From Acidobacteriota bacterium (GTDB taxonomy: Bacteria > Acidobacteriota > Blastocatellia > Pyrinomonadales > Pyrinomonadaceae), in NCBI GenBank assembly GCA_020846885.1, contig JADLDC010000267.1:5308-69307 (forward strand): a stretch of 64,000 bases of DNA. Reading direction: 5' to 3'. The notes under the pieces were generated by a model that saw nothing but the letters and a program-made list of their open reading frames with translations, had not been told where the DNA came from and did not search any database. The stretch's first letter is position 1; the number at the start of each line of letters is the position of its first letter. This document shows positions 1 to 10,219 of the stretch, piece after piece. The position numbers and the translations under genes were made by a program.

Positions 1-1300
1 ATCCGGCAAAGCTGAGCTTGCGGTCCTTTAGATTAAAGATCGCGTCGGCACCCCAAACGTTCGGGTCGTTCGCACGGCACCGGGCACCGAGCCCGCCGCC
101 CCATTCGTCGGTATATACGACCTTTTTTCCGTCGTTCGAGAACGCGGCGGAGTGCCAGTAAGAATAATTCGGATCATTCACCGCATCGACCCGCTTCGGG
201 TTGGCCGGATCGCTGATGTCAAGCAAAATTCCGTTACCCGAACACGCACCGGCGGCAAGCCCGATCTCGGAATAAACAGTAATGTCGTGGCACTGATCGG
301 TCGGCGACGGCGTTCCTTTGCCGTGTGTCGCGGCGCTTTTAAGGCCGGCGATCTCGCCGCTGCGGGCGTCCATGAAAACGCGCGGGCTTGATACGATCTT
401 GGCCGTCTGCGGCGCGGCGACAGGCACCTTTATCACGTCAATCCGGAAAAGCGACGTGTTCGGGTCCTTGTCCGGATCGCCGCCGGAACACCCGGCAAGC
501 TCGGCGTCAGGCCGCACGAACGAAGTTCCCGAAACATAGATGTAAACATTTGCCTTGTCCTTTGGATCGACGACCAAAGTGTGCGTGTGCGAGCCGCGGC
601 AGGTTTGCACGGCACCGACCTGTTTGGGATTGGCGATGTCGCTTATGTCAAAGATGCGTACTCCGCGAAAGCGTTCCTTGTTCGCGGCCAGCGGCTGGCC
701 CGCCGCCGGTGCGGGAAACGCCTGCGTACCGCAATCAAGGCGTCCGTTCGGCATTTCGACGGACATGAACATCAAATTCTTATAAACCGATACATCGCCC
801 TGGCCGCCGGGACAGATTATCGAGGTCAAAAGCTTTGCCTTGCCCGGGTCGGAGATGTCGAAGATGTTGACGCCGTAGAAATTTCCGAGGAAAAGATGGT
901 TGCCCTGGAACGCAAGGTCCGAATTGCCGAACGCAAGCTGTGCAAGGACAAGCTGAAGCGGTTTGGGTACGTTCGTTGTGTCGCCGATGCCCATTGAGCC
1001 GAGCGCCGTTTTGACCTTAGGGTCGTTCACATCGTCAGAACCAAGCTGGAACGCGTCCGGTTTTTTGAGAAGCTGAAGATGTTTCATCCCCATCGCGGCC
1101 TCGCCGGCGTCATAAAGGCCGGGCGAAAGCTTTGCACGCGGGTCAGCGGCGTTCGAACCGGTCATCCCGGCCGGAAGCGGCGGAGCGGCCTCGGGGGCGA
1201 ATGGATTGGCGGCCTGGGCAAACGCCGCGGCAGCAAAACAGGCGGCCAGCATAGCGCCGACAGCCACTGAAGAGAAGGCTTTATAAATTGATCTGATCAT
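1..1300 (-). CDS. secreted LVIVD-repeat (beta-propeller) family protein; 3' end lies beyond the window edge
   Basis: ATG at 1300 preceded by GAGGA. Manual minus-strand translation stays open to nt 1. It starts MIRSIYKAFSSVAVGAMLAACFAAAAFAQA (signal peptide). Recurring motifs such as NIFDISDPGKAK, VRIFDISDIANPK and ILLDISDPANPK fit LVIVD repeats. Absent from the ORF track because there is no stop in the window. Confidence 0.6.
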   Translation of the reverse strand, partial: MIRSIYKAFSSVAVGAMLAACFAAAAFAQAANPFAPEAAPPLPAGMTGSNAADPRAKLSPGLYDAGEAAMGMKHLQLLKKPDAFQLGSDDVNDPKVKTALGSMGIGDTTNVPKPLQLVLAQLAFGNSDLAFQGNHLFLGNFYGVNIFDISDPGKAKLLTSIICPGGQGDVSVYKNLMFMSVEMPNGRLDCGTQAFPAPAAGQPLAANKERFRGVRIFDISDIANPKQVGAVQTCRGSHTHTLVVDPKDKANVYIYVSGTSFVRPDAELAGCSGGDPDKDPNTSLFRIDVIKVPVAAPQTAKIVSSPRVFMDARSGEIAGLKSAATHGKGTPSPTDQCHDITVYSEIGLAAGACSGNGILLDISDPANPKRVDAVNDPNYSYWHSAAFSNDGKKVVYTDEWGGGLGARCRANDPNVWGADAIFNLKDRKLSFAG

Positions 1301-1312
1301 ATTTTCCTCGTG

Positions 1313-2134
1313 TTACGATTTTTCACCCAGCATGTTCTCCATTATCCGGATCTCGGCCCGCTGGCCGCTGTCCACATCTGTCGCAAAATTAAAGAGCTCG
1401 GCGTCCTGTCCTGCTCCCGCCGTTTTGAAAAGTTCATCGACCATGACAAGGGCACCGCCGTGATGCTGGATCATGCCGGTCAGGAACAAACGGTCAAACT
1501 CGGCGCCTTTCGCCTGCTTTAACGCTTCCATTTGTTTGGGCGTGAGCATTCCCGGCATCATCATGTGATGCTGATGGGCGGACATATCCATGTCGGACAT
1601 GTCCATATCCATCTTCATCGACGTCGGCTGGCCGCGATTTTCAAGCCAGCGTTTCATAAAATTCATCTCGTCAGACTGCGACTGGCTGATGCGCGCTCCC
1701 AAGAGCCGCAGAGGTTTGTTCTCGGTGCGTCCATTCATCAGCGCGACCATCTCAACCGCCTGGGCGTGGTGCATTATCATTCCCTGCATGAACTCGACAT
1801 CCTTTTTTGACGTCGGCGGCAGCTTTGCGCGGGTCGATGCGGGAAGCGCTCTGCTAGGCTGGCCGGGCGCTCCGGGCTGGATTATCACATGCCCGGCCTT
1901 TGTGCCGTCGCTTTGGCCGAAGGCGATCAGTGAAAGCAGAAGTATCAGTCCAATTGCCGGCACCAGGCCCACGGCAGAGGGGGCGGAAAAGCGACGCGAG
2001 AGAATAGACGATCTGTTGAGCGGATCTAACATAACAAGTTCGGTGGTTTTAACGAAAAACATTATCACAAACGCGAGCCATGATGCACATCTGTGCGGCC
2101 TTTGTGTTACTGGTTTAAACACAAAGTTCACCAA
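1313..2134 (-). CDS. DUF305 family protein (metal-stress associated, secreted or membrane anchored)
   Basis: Two DUF305-type helices (MIMHHAQAVEM and GMIQHHGGALVMV). Hydrophobic segment VGLVPAIGLILLLSLIAFG. The true start is probably an internal Met (e.g. 2032). Confidence 0.75.
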   Translation of the reverse strand: MVNFVFKPVTQRPHRCASWLAFVIMFFVKTTELVMLDPLNRSSILSRRFSAPSAVGLVPAIGLILLLSLIAFGQSDGTKAGHVIIQPGAPGQPSRALPASTRAKLPPTSKKDVEFMQGMIMHHAQAVEMVALMNGRTENKPLRLLGARISQSQSDEMNFMKRWLENRGQPTSMKMDMDMSDMDMSAHQHHMMMPGMLTPKQMEALKQAKGAEFDRLFLTGMIQHHGGALVMVDELFKTAGAGQDAELFNFATDVDSGQRAEIRIMENMLGEKS

Positions 2135-2249
2135 GTTGAAAACTCAAAGGGCACAAAGGTAATTGCGTTTCATTTTCACCGATCCAAATGCCCACGGAGG
2201 CTCTCTTGGTTGACCTATCAGTGGATACGGAACAAATAACAAAAAGGTT

Positions 2250-2546
2250 CTAAAAAATAAGAACACTTGCAAACGGAATTCGGGTCAGATAATCGCTCAG
2301 GGTGAGCGAAAATAGGATTCCCAGCCACAATAGCGCGGCGCCGATGACCATCCACGTGAGGTGCGAGCTGTAGCGCGCGTGCATAAAGAACAGAATTATC
2401 AGCGAACCTTTTACCGCGGCAATAATAAGGGCGACAACAAGGTTCCATTCACCAAGATCGACCAGCGCGGCCAGGTATGTGAGGACGGTGAAAACCAAAA
2501 GGGAACCGCAGATGATGTAATAGGTTGTTTCGGATATAACTTTCAT
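2250..2546 (-). CDS. ctaF: cytochrome c oxidase subunit IV (prokaryotic small subunit)
   Basis: 98 aa with three TM segments. The motif AAVKGSLIILFFMHARY is typical of bacterial COX4. It lies directly downstream of subunit III. Confidence 0.8.
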   Translation of the reverse strand: MKVISETTYYIICGSLLVFTVLTYLAALVDLGEWNLVVALIIAAVKGSLIILFFMHARYSSHLTWMVIGAALLWLGILFSLTLSDYLTRIPFASVLIF

Positions 2547-2549
2547 CGG

Positions 2550-3197
2550 TTACTTGTGCACGTCGATCAAATACAGAAGCGGGAACAGAAAGATCCAGAT
2601 AATGTCCACAAAATGCCAGTACAACACGGCGTTCTCGACCGGCGTGTAGTAATCGGGGGAGAACCGCCGGCGATAGGCCAGGTACAGAATAATGCAAACC
2701 AGCACAATGCCGATCGTAAGATGGATCGCGTGGAGGCCTGTCATTGCGAAATACAGGAAAAAGAACACCTGTTTTCCTTTAGCATCGGGCACGGAATAAT
2801 CGAATCTAAGCCCCGGGAATTCGGCGTTCAGATAGTGGTGGTAATATTCAATGCCTTTGAGCACCATAAAGGCCGTTCCGAACACAATTGCCGCGATCAA
2901 GCCGAACAACAACCGTTTTCGCTTTGCGGTTTGGGCACCGTAAACCGCGAGTGCCATTCCGAGGCTGCTGATGATAAGTATCCCTGTGTTGACGGTGCCG
3001 ATCACCGTATCCAGATGCCGGCTTGCTTCGGCAAAGACCTCCGGATAGGTGTGCCGATAGACCGCATACGAGATGAACAGGCCGCCGAACAGGAGGAGTT
3101 CGGTCGTCAGAAATATCCACATCCCCAACTCGGCGGCCTCTCGCTGCTGGTCGAGGTCGCGATACTGCAATTCCGGAAATTGTTCGGCTTTCTGCAT
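2550..3197 (-). CDS. ctaE: cytochrome c oxidase subunit III
   Basis: 215 aa polytopic protein. It has subunit III-like TM helices (FFLYFAMTGLHAIHLTIGI, WHFVDIIWIFLF) and sits in the position following subunit I. Confidence 0.9.
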   Translation of the reverse strand: MQKAEQFPELQYRDLDQQREAAELGMWIFLTTELLLFGGLFISYAVYRHTYPEVFAEASRHLDTVIGTVNTGILIISSLGMALAVYGAQTAKRKRLLFGLIAAIVFGTAFMVLKGIEYYHHYLNAEFPGLRFDYSVPDAKGKQVFFFLYFAMTGLHAIHLTIGIVLVCIILYLAYRRRFSPDYYTPVENAVLYWHFVDIIWIFLFPLLYLIDVHK

Positions 3198-3203
3198 AGA
3201 TCT

Positions 3204-4832
3204 TTATTCGTCATCGTCCACGGTCGGATAATTGTACGGCGGCTCGGTGACCACCGGTGTTATGTCGAAGTTGAACTCGGGCGGCGGCGAAGGCGTCGTC
3301 CATTCCAGCCCGGTCGCTCCCCACGGATTATTACCGGCCTTCGGGCCGAACTTCCACGCCCATATCATATAAATTAGCGGCAAAATATACCCGACACCGA
3401 GTATCGAGGCGCCGGCGGTCGATAGAACATTGAGGACCTGAAACTCCGGCGGATAGGCGTAGTAGCGACGCGGCATTCCCATGTAGCCAAGCACGAACTG
3501 CGGAAAGAATGTCAGATTAAAGCCGACAAAAACGATCAACGCCGCCAGTTTTGCCCAGCCTTCGGGATAAAGCCGGCCGGAGATCTTCGGGAACCAGTAA
3601 TGCAGCCCACTGAAATATGCCATCACCATTCCGCCGACCATGATGTAGTGAAAATGGGCGATGATGAAGTAGGTGTCATGCACGTGGACGTTCACACCAA
3701 GCGATGCGATGAAAAGCCCCGTCATTCCGCCGATCGTAAAGAGGCCGATAAAGCCAAGCGAATAGAGCATCGGCGTGTCGTATGAGATCGAGCCTTTATA
3801 AAGTGTCGCCGTCCAGTTGAACACCTTGATCGCGGAGGGCACGGCTACGGCAAAACTAAGCACCGAGAACGCCATCGCCGCGTACATCGATTCGCCGGCG
3901 ACGAACATATGATGCCCCCAGACCAAAAAGCTAAAGAATGCGATGCCAAAGGTTGAATAAGCGACGAAGTTGTATCCAAAGATAGGCCGCCGCGCGAAGG
4001 TAGGTATGACTTCGCTGACGACGCCCATGCCGGGCAGGATCATAATGTAAACCGCCGGATGGGAATAGAACCAGAACAGATGCTGAAACAATATAGGGTC
4101 GCCGCCAAGCGTCGGGTCAAAGATGCCTACACGAAAAACGCGCTCGACCGCGATCAAGGTCAGGGATATCGCCAGCACCGGAGTTCCAAGCACCTGGATC
4201 ATGCTTGTCGCATAGATCGTCCAAACAAAAAGCGGAAGGCGGAACCACGTCAAACCGGGAGCCCGAAGTTTATGAATTGTGGTAATGAAATTCAGCCCGG
4301 TCAGGATCGACGAAAACCCGACGATAAAAACGCCTGTTATTCCCTTGATCACCTGTGTATTCGAGAATGCGGTCGATAACGGCGCATAAAAGGTCCAGCC
4401 TGTATCCAAACCACCGGTAGCGAGGCACCAAATGATAAATGCGGAGCCGAGAAGGTAGAGATACCAGCTCAACAGGTTAAGGCGCGGAAACGCGAGATCT
4501 TTCGCCCCGATCATCAGCGGAAGAATAAAATTACCGAGCACGGTCGGGACCGACGGGATCAGGAAAAAGAAGACCATTACCAGGCCGTGCAATGTGAAAA
4601 GTTTGTTGTATGTATCAGCCGTGACCAGGTCGCCCTGCGGCGTGAGCAATTCGAGGCGTATCAATATCGCAAAGAAGCCGCCGACAAAGAACATCAGCGT
4701 CAGCGAGATCATATAGAGCAGAGCGATCCGCTTATGATCGGTCGTCAAGAGCCACGAAGCTATCCCGTGGCGGGCGTTCAGATAATTGATCGGTTCGATC
4801 TCGGGCCGCTCCAATGTGATCTCGCTGTTCAC
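3204..4832 (-). CDS. ctaD: cytochrome c oxidase subunit I (heme-copper oxidase catalytic subunit)
   Basis: 542 aa. Canonical motifs are present: [41 protein letters not shown]. Confidence 0.97.
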   Translation of the reverse strand: MNSEITLERPEIEPINYLNARHGIASWLLTTDHKRIALLYMISLTLMFFVGGFFAILIRLELLTPQGDLVTADTYNKLFTLHGLVMVFFFLIPSVPTVLGNFILPLMIGAKDLAFPRLNLLSWYLYLLGSAFIIWCLATGGLDTGWTFYAPLSTAFSNTQVIKGITGVFIVGFSSILTGLNFITTIHKLRAPGLTWFRLPLFVWTIYATSMIQVLGTPVLAISLTLIAVERVFRVGIFDPTLGGDPILFQHLFWFYSHPAVYIMILPGMGVVSEVIPTFARRPIFGYNFVAYSTFGIAFFSFLVWGHHMFVAGESMYAAMAFSVLSFAVAVPSAIKVFNWTATLYKGSISYDTPMLYSLGFIGLFTIGGMTGLFIASLGVNVHVHDTYFIIAHFHYIMVGGMVMAYFSGLHYWFPKISGRLYPEGWAKLAALIVFVGFNLTFFPQFVLGYMGMPRRYYAYPPEFQVLNVLSTAGASILGVGYILPLIYMIWAWKFGPKAGNNPWGATGLEWTTPSPPPEFNFDITPVVTEPPYNYPTVDDDE

Positions 4833-4879
4833 AATATTTTCCTGCGGGTCAACCCGGATAGGCCGGGTTCGGTCTCTCC

Positions 4880-5968
4880 TTATTCTTGATCGGTGCTATT
4901 CGCGTTTGTCCGCGGCTGATTCCCAGCGTTTGCGTTGGTCTCGCTTTGCCTGATCGCATCGCCGACCGGCGACGGCTGCGGGCCGGCCGGATCAGAGACC
5001 GGCGGTATCTGCTCACGGCCCTCTTTTAGTGATCGAATGAATGAGATAAGCAGCATTATCTGCTCCTCATCCACCTGGCCCTTAAAGGTCGGCATTATCG
5101 GCTTGTACCCGGCCACGATCCTTGCCTCCGGATCGACGATCGATTGACGGATATAGTTATCGTCAGCAAGTAGGGTATCGCCGCCCTGCAAATTGACCTG
5201 CTTGCCGTAGAGACCGCCAAGGAAAGGCGCCCGCGCCGTCGAATCGCCGGTATGGCACGTGTTGCAGGAAAGCTGCCTGAATAGCTTTTGCCCTTCAGAA
5301 GCGGCCGAACCTTCCGATCCGCTGTTCAACCAGCGGGCGTATTCTTCAGGCTCCATCACAACGACATCGCCTTTCATCCCGGAATGCTGTGTTCCGCAAT
5401 ATTGCGAGCAGAACAGGTGAAAAGTTCCGGTTTCGGTTGCCTTGAACCATATCGTCCGGTAACGGCCGGGCACGACGTCCAGATGAATGCGAAATGCGGG
5501 AACGAAAAAGCTGTGGATCACGTCCTGCGATGCAATGGCCAGCTTTACAGGCCGGCCGAGAGGAACGTGGAGCGTATTGATCTCACGCTGGCCCTCGGGA
5601 TGCTGGACCTTCCACATCCATTGCCGGCCGACCATATTGATCTCAATTGCATCCTCCGGCGGCGTCATGAGATTGAAATAAAGTTTTGCTCCCCAATAGA
5701 AGATGAATAGAAAGATGGCAAACGGGATCAATGTCCAGGCTAATTCGAGCGTCCTGTAAGAGCGTCCGCTCAGTGCCAGTTGATCGGGCGTTCGGCGGCG
5801 GTACTTAACCACAAAATAGAGGATGAATATTATGATCAGTGTCGCAACGGTCCCGCATAGGGCGACAAGAAAAAAGAAAAGCGAGTCCAGCTTTGCCGCC
5901 TCGCTCGAGGCAGTAGGCGGCAGGAGTTGGAAATCTAACAGCAAGAGCATGCCTGCGACTTTTATCAT
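4880..5968 (-). CDS. ctaC: cytochrome c oxidase subunit II with C-terminal cytochrome c domain (caa3 type)
   Basis: CuA site [15 protein letters not shown] plus a C-terminal heme c motif CNTCH. Two N-terminal TM helices. Confidence 0.93.
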   Translation of the reverse strand: MIKVAGMLLLLDFQLLPPTASSEAAKLDSLFFFLVALCGTVATLIIIFILYFVVKYRRRTPDQLALSGRSYRTLELAWTLIPFAIFLFIFYWGAKLYFNLMTPPEDAIEINMVGRQWMWKVQHPEGQREINTLHVPLGRPVKLAIASQDVIHSFFVPAFRIHLDVVPGRYRTIWFKATETGTFHLFCSQYCGTQHSGMKGDVVVMEPEEYARWLNSGSEGSAASEGQKLFRQLSCNTCHTGDSTARAPFLGGLYGKQVNLQGGDTLLADDNYIRQSIVDPEARIVAGYKPIMPTFKGQVDEEQIMLLISFIRSLKEGREQIPPVSDPAGPQPSPVGDAIRQSETNANAGNQPRTNANSTDQE

Positions 5969-6369
5969 TTCGTTTCCTGGACCTGTTGGCCGGCCGGTTT
6001 CGTTTCAGCCCCGCCGCGTTCAGCGATCATCTTCATCGCCTGATCGATCGGGATATGGATGATGCCTTTGTCTTTATCCACCCAGCCGTAGGTGCGAAGT
6101 TTCTGTTCCTCCGTTCGGCGTAGTTGATCAATATCCGTTTCAGGAACTACCAGAAGCTGCGGCGCGGCCGATGCAGGCGTTTTGCGGTCGCGCACTTCGG
6201 TCTCGCGGCCGGAAGCGGCAAAATCCACCGAGAATATTCCATACAGAAAGGACAGGCCGAAATGCAAGGCGATCCCGCAGGCAACTATCGCGGCCAACAG
6301 CCAGCCTAAGGCATGAACGCTTACATCGCTGCGTTCAAAATCAGTATTTGCGTTGATCGTTTCGCTCAT
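5965..6369 (-). CDS. actG: small single-TM membrane protein in the ActG position of the ACIII cluster
   Basis: 134 aa with one TM helice (LGWLLAAIVACGIALHFGLSFLYGIF). Its start overlaps the actF stop and its stop overlaps the coxII start. Assignment is by position only. Confidence 0.5.
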   Translation of the reverse strand: MSETINANTDFERSDVSVHALGWLLAAIVACGIALHFGLSFLYGIFSVDFAASGRETEVRDRKTPASAAPQLLVVPETDIDQLRRTEEQKLRTYGWVDKDKGIIHIPIDQAMKMIAERGGAETKPAGQQVQETK

Positions 6370-7468
6370 AGATCCACAAAAATAAAGCCAGCCAAAGACC
6401 GCCCACGCCCACGGTCGCGGCGAAGTCCATCCAATTGACGACTGACGGAGCGAACGCCGGTTTTATCAACCAGCAAATGTCCACAAACCGCATCAGGAGA
6501 AGAAAAAGCACGAGCAGCAGCAACGCTTTGCGGTTTTCCTTCAAATCGCGCGAAAGAAGAAGAAAGAACGGAACAAAAAAGTGAAATACAACGAGTGCGA
6601 GAGCGATGATGCCCCAGGCTCCGACGGTCCGCGGCAAGTACCACGTGATCTCTTCGCGTAGATTCCCGGACCAGATCAGCAGAAACTGCGAAAAGGCGCA
6701 GTAGGCCCAAAGCATCACGAAGGTCAGAAGCAGATTGCCAAGATCGCGAAATCGCTTCGGATCGATGCTCTCGGCAAACCGCGGCGATAGAAGAAGCACG
6801 GCGGCGATCGAGAAGGCAAAACCGGCCAGCATCTCGCCGGCGATGAAAACCGCCGCGTAGATGGTCGAGTACCAGTGCGGTTCGAGCGTCATGACCCAAT
6901 CGATCATAGCCAGTGAAAGGATCACGGCCGTGACGAACATTCCGGCGCCGCTCAAATGTTCAAGCCGCCACTGATACCTCGGATCTTCGATCGTCTTCCA
7001 TTTTGCGGCCCATGATGTGAGCAGCCATGCAAAAATGATCAATACCGCGAAATAAACTAGCTGCCGTGCGACAAAGAACGGAATGTTCAAATAGATATGC
7101 TTCGCCTGCAGGCGCGGATCGGCGGCAACAGCGGCCGGGTCGGCCCAGATGTATAAAAGAGGCAAACCGAGCAAGACCGGTGCAAAGAGAACCGCCAACA
7201 GCGGCAGCGTTAGGCTTGCGGCCTCAAGCGGCCTCTGCAGGATCTTTCCCCATCGGCCGCCGGTGACGTACTGCATCATTAAAACGCCGAGGCATCCGAC
7301 CGTGAGGCCGGTCCAGAACACAAATGCCAAAAGGTAAGAACGAAAGAACTGAACGGGCATCGACACCAGGCCGGCCAGACATGCCAGCAATGCCACGATA
7401 CCGACAACTATCGATACATTCCGCCAACGGCGCACGTCCGGAAGGTTGTATGAAGTTTCCGTTCTCAT
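6341..7468 (-). CDS. actF: Alternative Complex III subunit ActF (NrfD/PsrC-like polytopic membrane protein)
   Basis: 375 aa multi-TM protein in conserved ACIII gene order after the monoheme ActE. Confidence 0.75.
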   Translation of the reverse strand: MRTETSYNLPDVRRWRNVSIVVGIVALLACLAGLVSMPVQFFRSYLLAFVFWTGLTVGCLGVLMMQYVTGGRWGKILQRPLEAASLTLPLLAVLFAPVLLGLPLLYIWADPAAVAADPRLQAKHIYLNIPFFVARQLVYFAVLIIFAWLLTSWAAKWKTIEDPRYQWRLEHLSGAGMFVTAVILSLAMIDWVMTLEPHWYSTIYAAVFIAGEMLAGFAFSIAAVLLLSPRFAESIDPKRFRDLGNLLLTFVMLWAYCAFSQFLLIWSGNLREEITWYLPRTVGAWGIIALALVVFHFFVPFFLLLSRDLKENRKALLLLVLFLLLMRFVDICWLIKPAFAPSVVNWMDFAATVGVGGLWLALFLWIYERNDQRKY

Positions 7469-8121
7469 TTGTCGAGTTCGTTCCTCAGTTCAGGCGGCAG
7501 ATCCGCCATCTCCGCATTTTGGCTTAACTGCAACGCTCTGATGTACGCGGCAATCGCCCAGCGGTCGCGCGGCTCCACCTGATTCGCATAGCTCGCCATT
7601 CCGCCAAAGCCATGCGTGATGACATCATAAAAATGTCCGATCGGCGCCTGCCGCAGGCGGTCGCTGTGATAAGTTGGCGGTGCCGAAAAACCGCGGCGGA
7701 CGACCATGCCGTCGCCTTCACCCGTGCGGCCGTGACAGACGGCGCAGTAGATATTGAATCTCGCCTGTCCGCGTTCGAGTATTTCAAGCGTTACCGGAAA
7801 TGGCGGCTTCGTCGCGTTTTGATCAAACGTTTGCTCAGGTGCGGCCCGTCCGTTCATCCGCGTAAACCCGCTCGGGACCGTTCCTTTAACGGGCTCGCGG
7901 GCCGACCGGCCGTCCGGGAAGACGGGGCTCGCTTCGAGCGGCTTCAGGCTTGGCTGATCCGCCATCTTCTGTGTACACGATGCAGCGAATAAGAGCGTAA
8001 GAAGAAGGACCTGCCCACGAAATACACGAAATACGCGAAAAGAAAGAGGTTCGCGCCAGAATGCATTTCGCGTCTTTTCGCGTGTTTTGCGGGCAGACAT
8101 TTCTTTTGCGCCGTTCATCAT
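7465..8121 (-). CDS. actE: Alternative Complex III monoheme cytochrome c subunit ActE (probable lipoprotein)
   Basis: Single CAVCH heme motif with a downstream Met ligand region. Lipobox-like LLFAASC. The annotated N-terminus overlaps a REP-like repeat, so the start is uncertain. Confidence 0.8.
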   Translation of the reverse strand: MMNGAKEMSARKTREKTRNAFWREPLSFRVFRVFRGQVLLLTLLFAASCTQKMADQPSLKPLEASPVFPDGRSAREPVKGTVPSGFTRMNGRAAPEQTFDQNATKPPFPVTLEILERGQARFNIYCAVCHGRTGEGDGMVVRRGFSAPPTYHSDRLRQAPIGHFYDVITHGFGGMASYANQVEPRDRWAIAAYIRALQLSQNAEMADLPPELRNELDK

Positions 8122-8123
8122 GA

Positions 8124-8678
8124 CTATGACTCAAAAACAGCTGCGACCTCGACCGGTTCCAGATCTTCCAGGAACTTTCGTGTTTCTAAAGGATCGAATT
8201 TTTCGTCAGTTGACTGCACACATAAGAAAAACCGGTCATTCGTTGCCGACCGAAATTGCGGCATCGTAAATACCGGATGAAAAAGCCGCGGCAGCCCATT
8301 CAGTATGAGCATTCCGAAGGCACCGAAAAGTGCTCCGCCCAAAACCGTTAACTCAAACGTGATAGGTATGAACGAGGGCCAGCTAAACAGCGGCCGTCCG
8401 CCAACGTTTATCGGATACGAAACTCCCGCCGCATACCATTGCATCAGGAATCCGGTAAGTCCGCCGAAGATCCCGCCGATCAGAACGATAACCGGGACCC
8501 AATTCTTTCGTCTCACATTCACAAATTCAGACAGCCCGTCGATCGGGAACGGAGTGTACGCCTGAATCTCGACAAAGCCCGCTTCCTGTGCACGGCGGGA
8601 CGCATCAAGCAGTGTTTCGGCGTTCTCGAATTCCGCGATCAGGCCGTAAAGTTTTGTTCGCTGTTCTTCCATCAGCAA
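8124..8678 (-). CDS. actD: Alternative Complex III subunit ActD (DUF3341)
   Basis: 184 aa. It has an N-terminal soluble domain (LYGLIAEFENAETLLDASRRAQEAGF) followed by two TM helices, in ACIII order. Confidence 0.8.
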   Translation of the reverse strand: MLMEEQRTKLYGLIAEFENAETLLDASRRAQEAGFVEIQAYTPFPIDGLSEFVNVRRKNWVPVIVLIGGIFGGLTGFLMQWYAAGVSYPINVGGRPLFSWPSFIPITFELTVLGGALFGAFGMLILNGLPRLFHPVFTMPQFRSATNDRFFLCVQSTDEKFDPLETRKFLEDLEPVEVAAVFES

Positions 8679-8692
8679 TATCGAGATCTTTA

Positions 8693-10069
8693 TCAGTCCG
8701 CTTCTTTAACATCCGCCGGGGCGATCGCCTTGCGCATCTCGGCCATCGAGATGGCGGGGAGCAGCCGTACGAACAGGAACATCAATGCGACGAATAGCCC
8801 GATCGTTCCCGCAAGCGTTGCGTAGTCCCACCAGGTCCCCGAATACATTCCCCACGCAGACGGCATATAATCGCGGTGCAGGCTTGTTACGACGATCACA
8901 TACCGCTCGGTCCACATTCCTATATTGACCACAAGCGACAGGATGAAAAGCACCGGCACACTTGTTCGAAAGCGTTTGAACCACATCAATTGCGGTGCTA
9001 CGACGTTGCCCAGGATGAGGATCCAGTACATTACCGAATAATTTCCGATCATCCGGTTGATCTCCATGTAGCGTTCGAAAATATTTCCGCTGTAGAACGC
9101 AAAGAACAATTCGAACAGATAGCTGTATGTGACGATCAAACCGGTCGCAAGCAGTATCTTTGCCATGTTGTCGAGATGCCGGAGGGTTATGAAATCCTGA
9201 AGGCCGAAAGCGGAACGGATCGGGATCGCCAGCGAAAGCACCATCGCAAAACCAGAAAAGATCGCACCGGCGACGAAATATGGCGGAAATATCGTTGAGT
9301 GCCAGCCGGGAACAATTGCCACCGCAAAATCAAAACTGACGACCGTATGCACAGATACGACCAGCGGCGTCGCGAGCCCCGCCAAAAGCAGATACAACTT
9401 TTCATAATGGTGCCAATGTTCGGCCGAGCCCCGCCATCCGAGTGATAGAACGCCAAAGCTGAACCACGCGAATTTGCCTTTTGCCTTGTCGCGCATTGTC
9501 GCGAGATCGGGTATCAGGCCGATATACCAAAAGACAAGCGAGACCGTGAAATAGGTCATCACCGCAAACACATCCCAAACGAGCGGGCTGCGAAACTGCG
9601 GCCACAGAAGCATTGTGTTCGGGTACGGCAGCAGCCAATAAAAATAGTACGGCCGCCCCATGTGAAGCAGCGGAAAAAGACCGGCACACGCAACAGCAAA
9701 GATGGTCATCGCTTCGGCAAAGCGGTTGATGGATGTGCGCCAATGCTGATTCATCAGCAGCAGGATCGCCGAGATCAGCGTGCCGGCGTGCCCAATGCCG
9801 ATCCACCAGACAAAATTCGCGATCGCAAATCCCCAACCTACCGGAATGTTCACACCCCAGATCCCGATGCCGACAAATAGAAGTTTTCCGACCGCAAACA
9901 GCAGCAGCATCACGAACAGGAACGCCACGCCGAACCCAAGAAGCCACCGCAATGGCGACTTGGGCGAAAGAACAACAGACGCGATCTTGTCACCAACTTC
10001 GGCATAAGTGTGCTTGCCGATAATGACCGGTTGTTCTTGCGAAGAATTTTTTGGAACAGGCTGCATCAA
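8693..10069 (-). CDS. actC: Alternative Complex III quinol-interacting membrane subunit ActC (NrfD/PsrC family)
   Basis: 458 aa polytopic protein of NrfD-like architecture, immediately downstream of actB. Confidence 0.85.
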   Translation of the reverse strand: MMQPVPKNSSQEQPVIIGKHTYAEVGDKIASVVLSPKSPLRWLLGFGVAFLFVMLLLFAVGKLLFVGIGIWGVNIPVGWGFAIANFVWWIGIGHAGTLISAILLLMNQHWRTSINRFAEAMTIFAVACAGLFPLLHMGRPYYFYWLLPYPNTMLLWPQFRSPLVWDVFAVMTYFTVSLVFWYIGLIPDLATMRDKAKGKFAWFSFGVLSLGWRGSAEHWHHYEKLYLLLAGLATPLVVSVHTVVSFDFAVAIVPGWHSTIFPPYFVAGAIFSGFAMVLSLAIPIRSAFGLQDFITLRHLDNMAKILLATGLIVTYSYLFELFFAFYSGNIFERYMEINRMIGNYSVMYWILILGNVVAPQLMWFKRFRTSVPVLFILSLVVNIGMWTERYVIVVTSLHRDYMPSAWGMYSGTWWDYATLAGTIGLFVALMFLFVRLLPAISMAEMRKAIAPADVKEAD

Positions 10070-10219
10070 AATGTTTGCCGCGGATCTTCGCTGATAAAAC
10101 GGATATGAAATTTGTCGGCGTACGAGTGGAAATCATTCGTCCGATTGCCACCATTGAACTTGTAACTCTTCAGTTATTCATACATCCGCGCACATCCGCG
10201 TAAATCCGCGGCTAAAGTC

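Noticed and set aside
2361-3377. 338-aa plus-strand ORF overlapping cox subunits III and IV
   Set aside because: It is antisense to clearly recognisable oxidase genes. The translation is Arg/His/Gly-rich with no membrane or domain features. This is a typical shadow ORF of GC-rich DNA.
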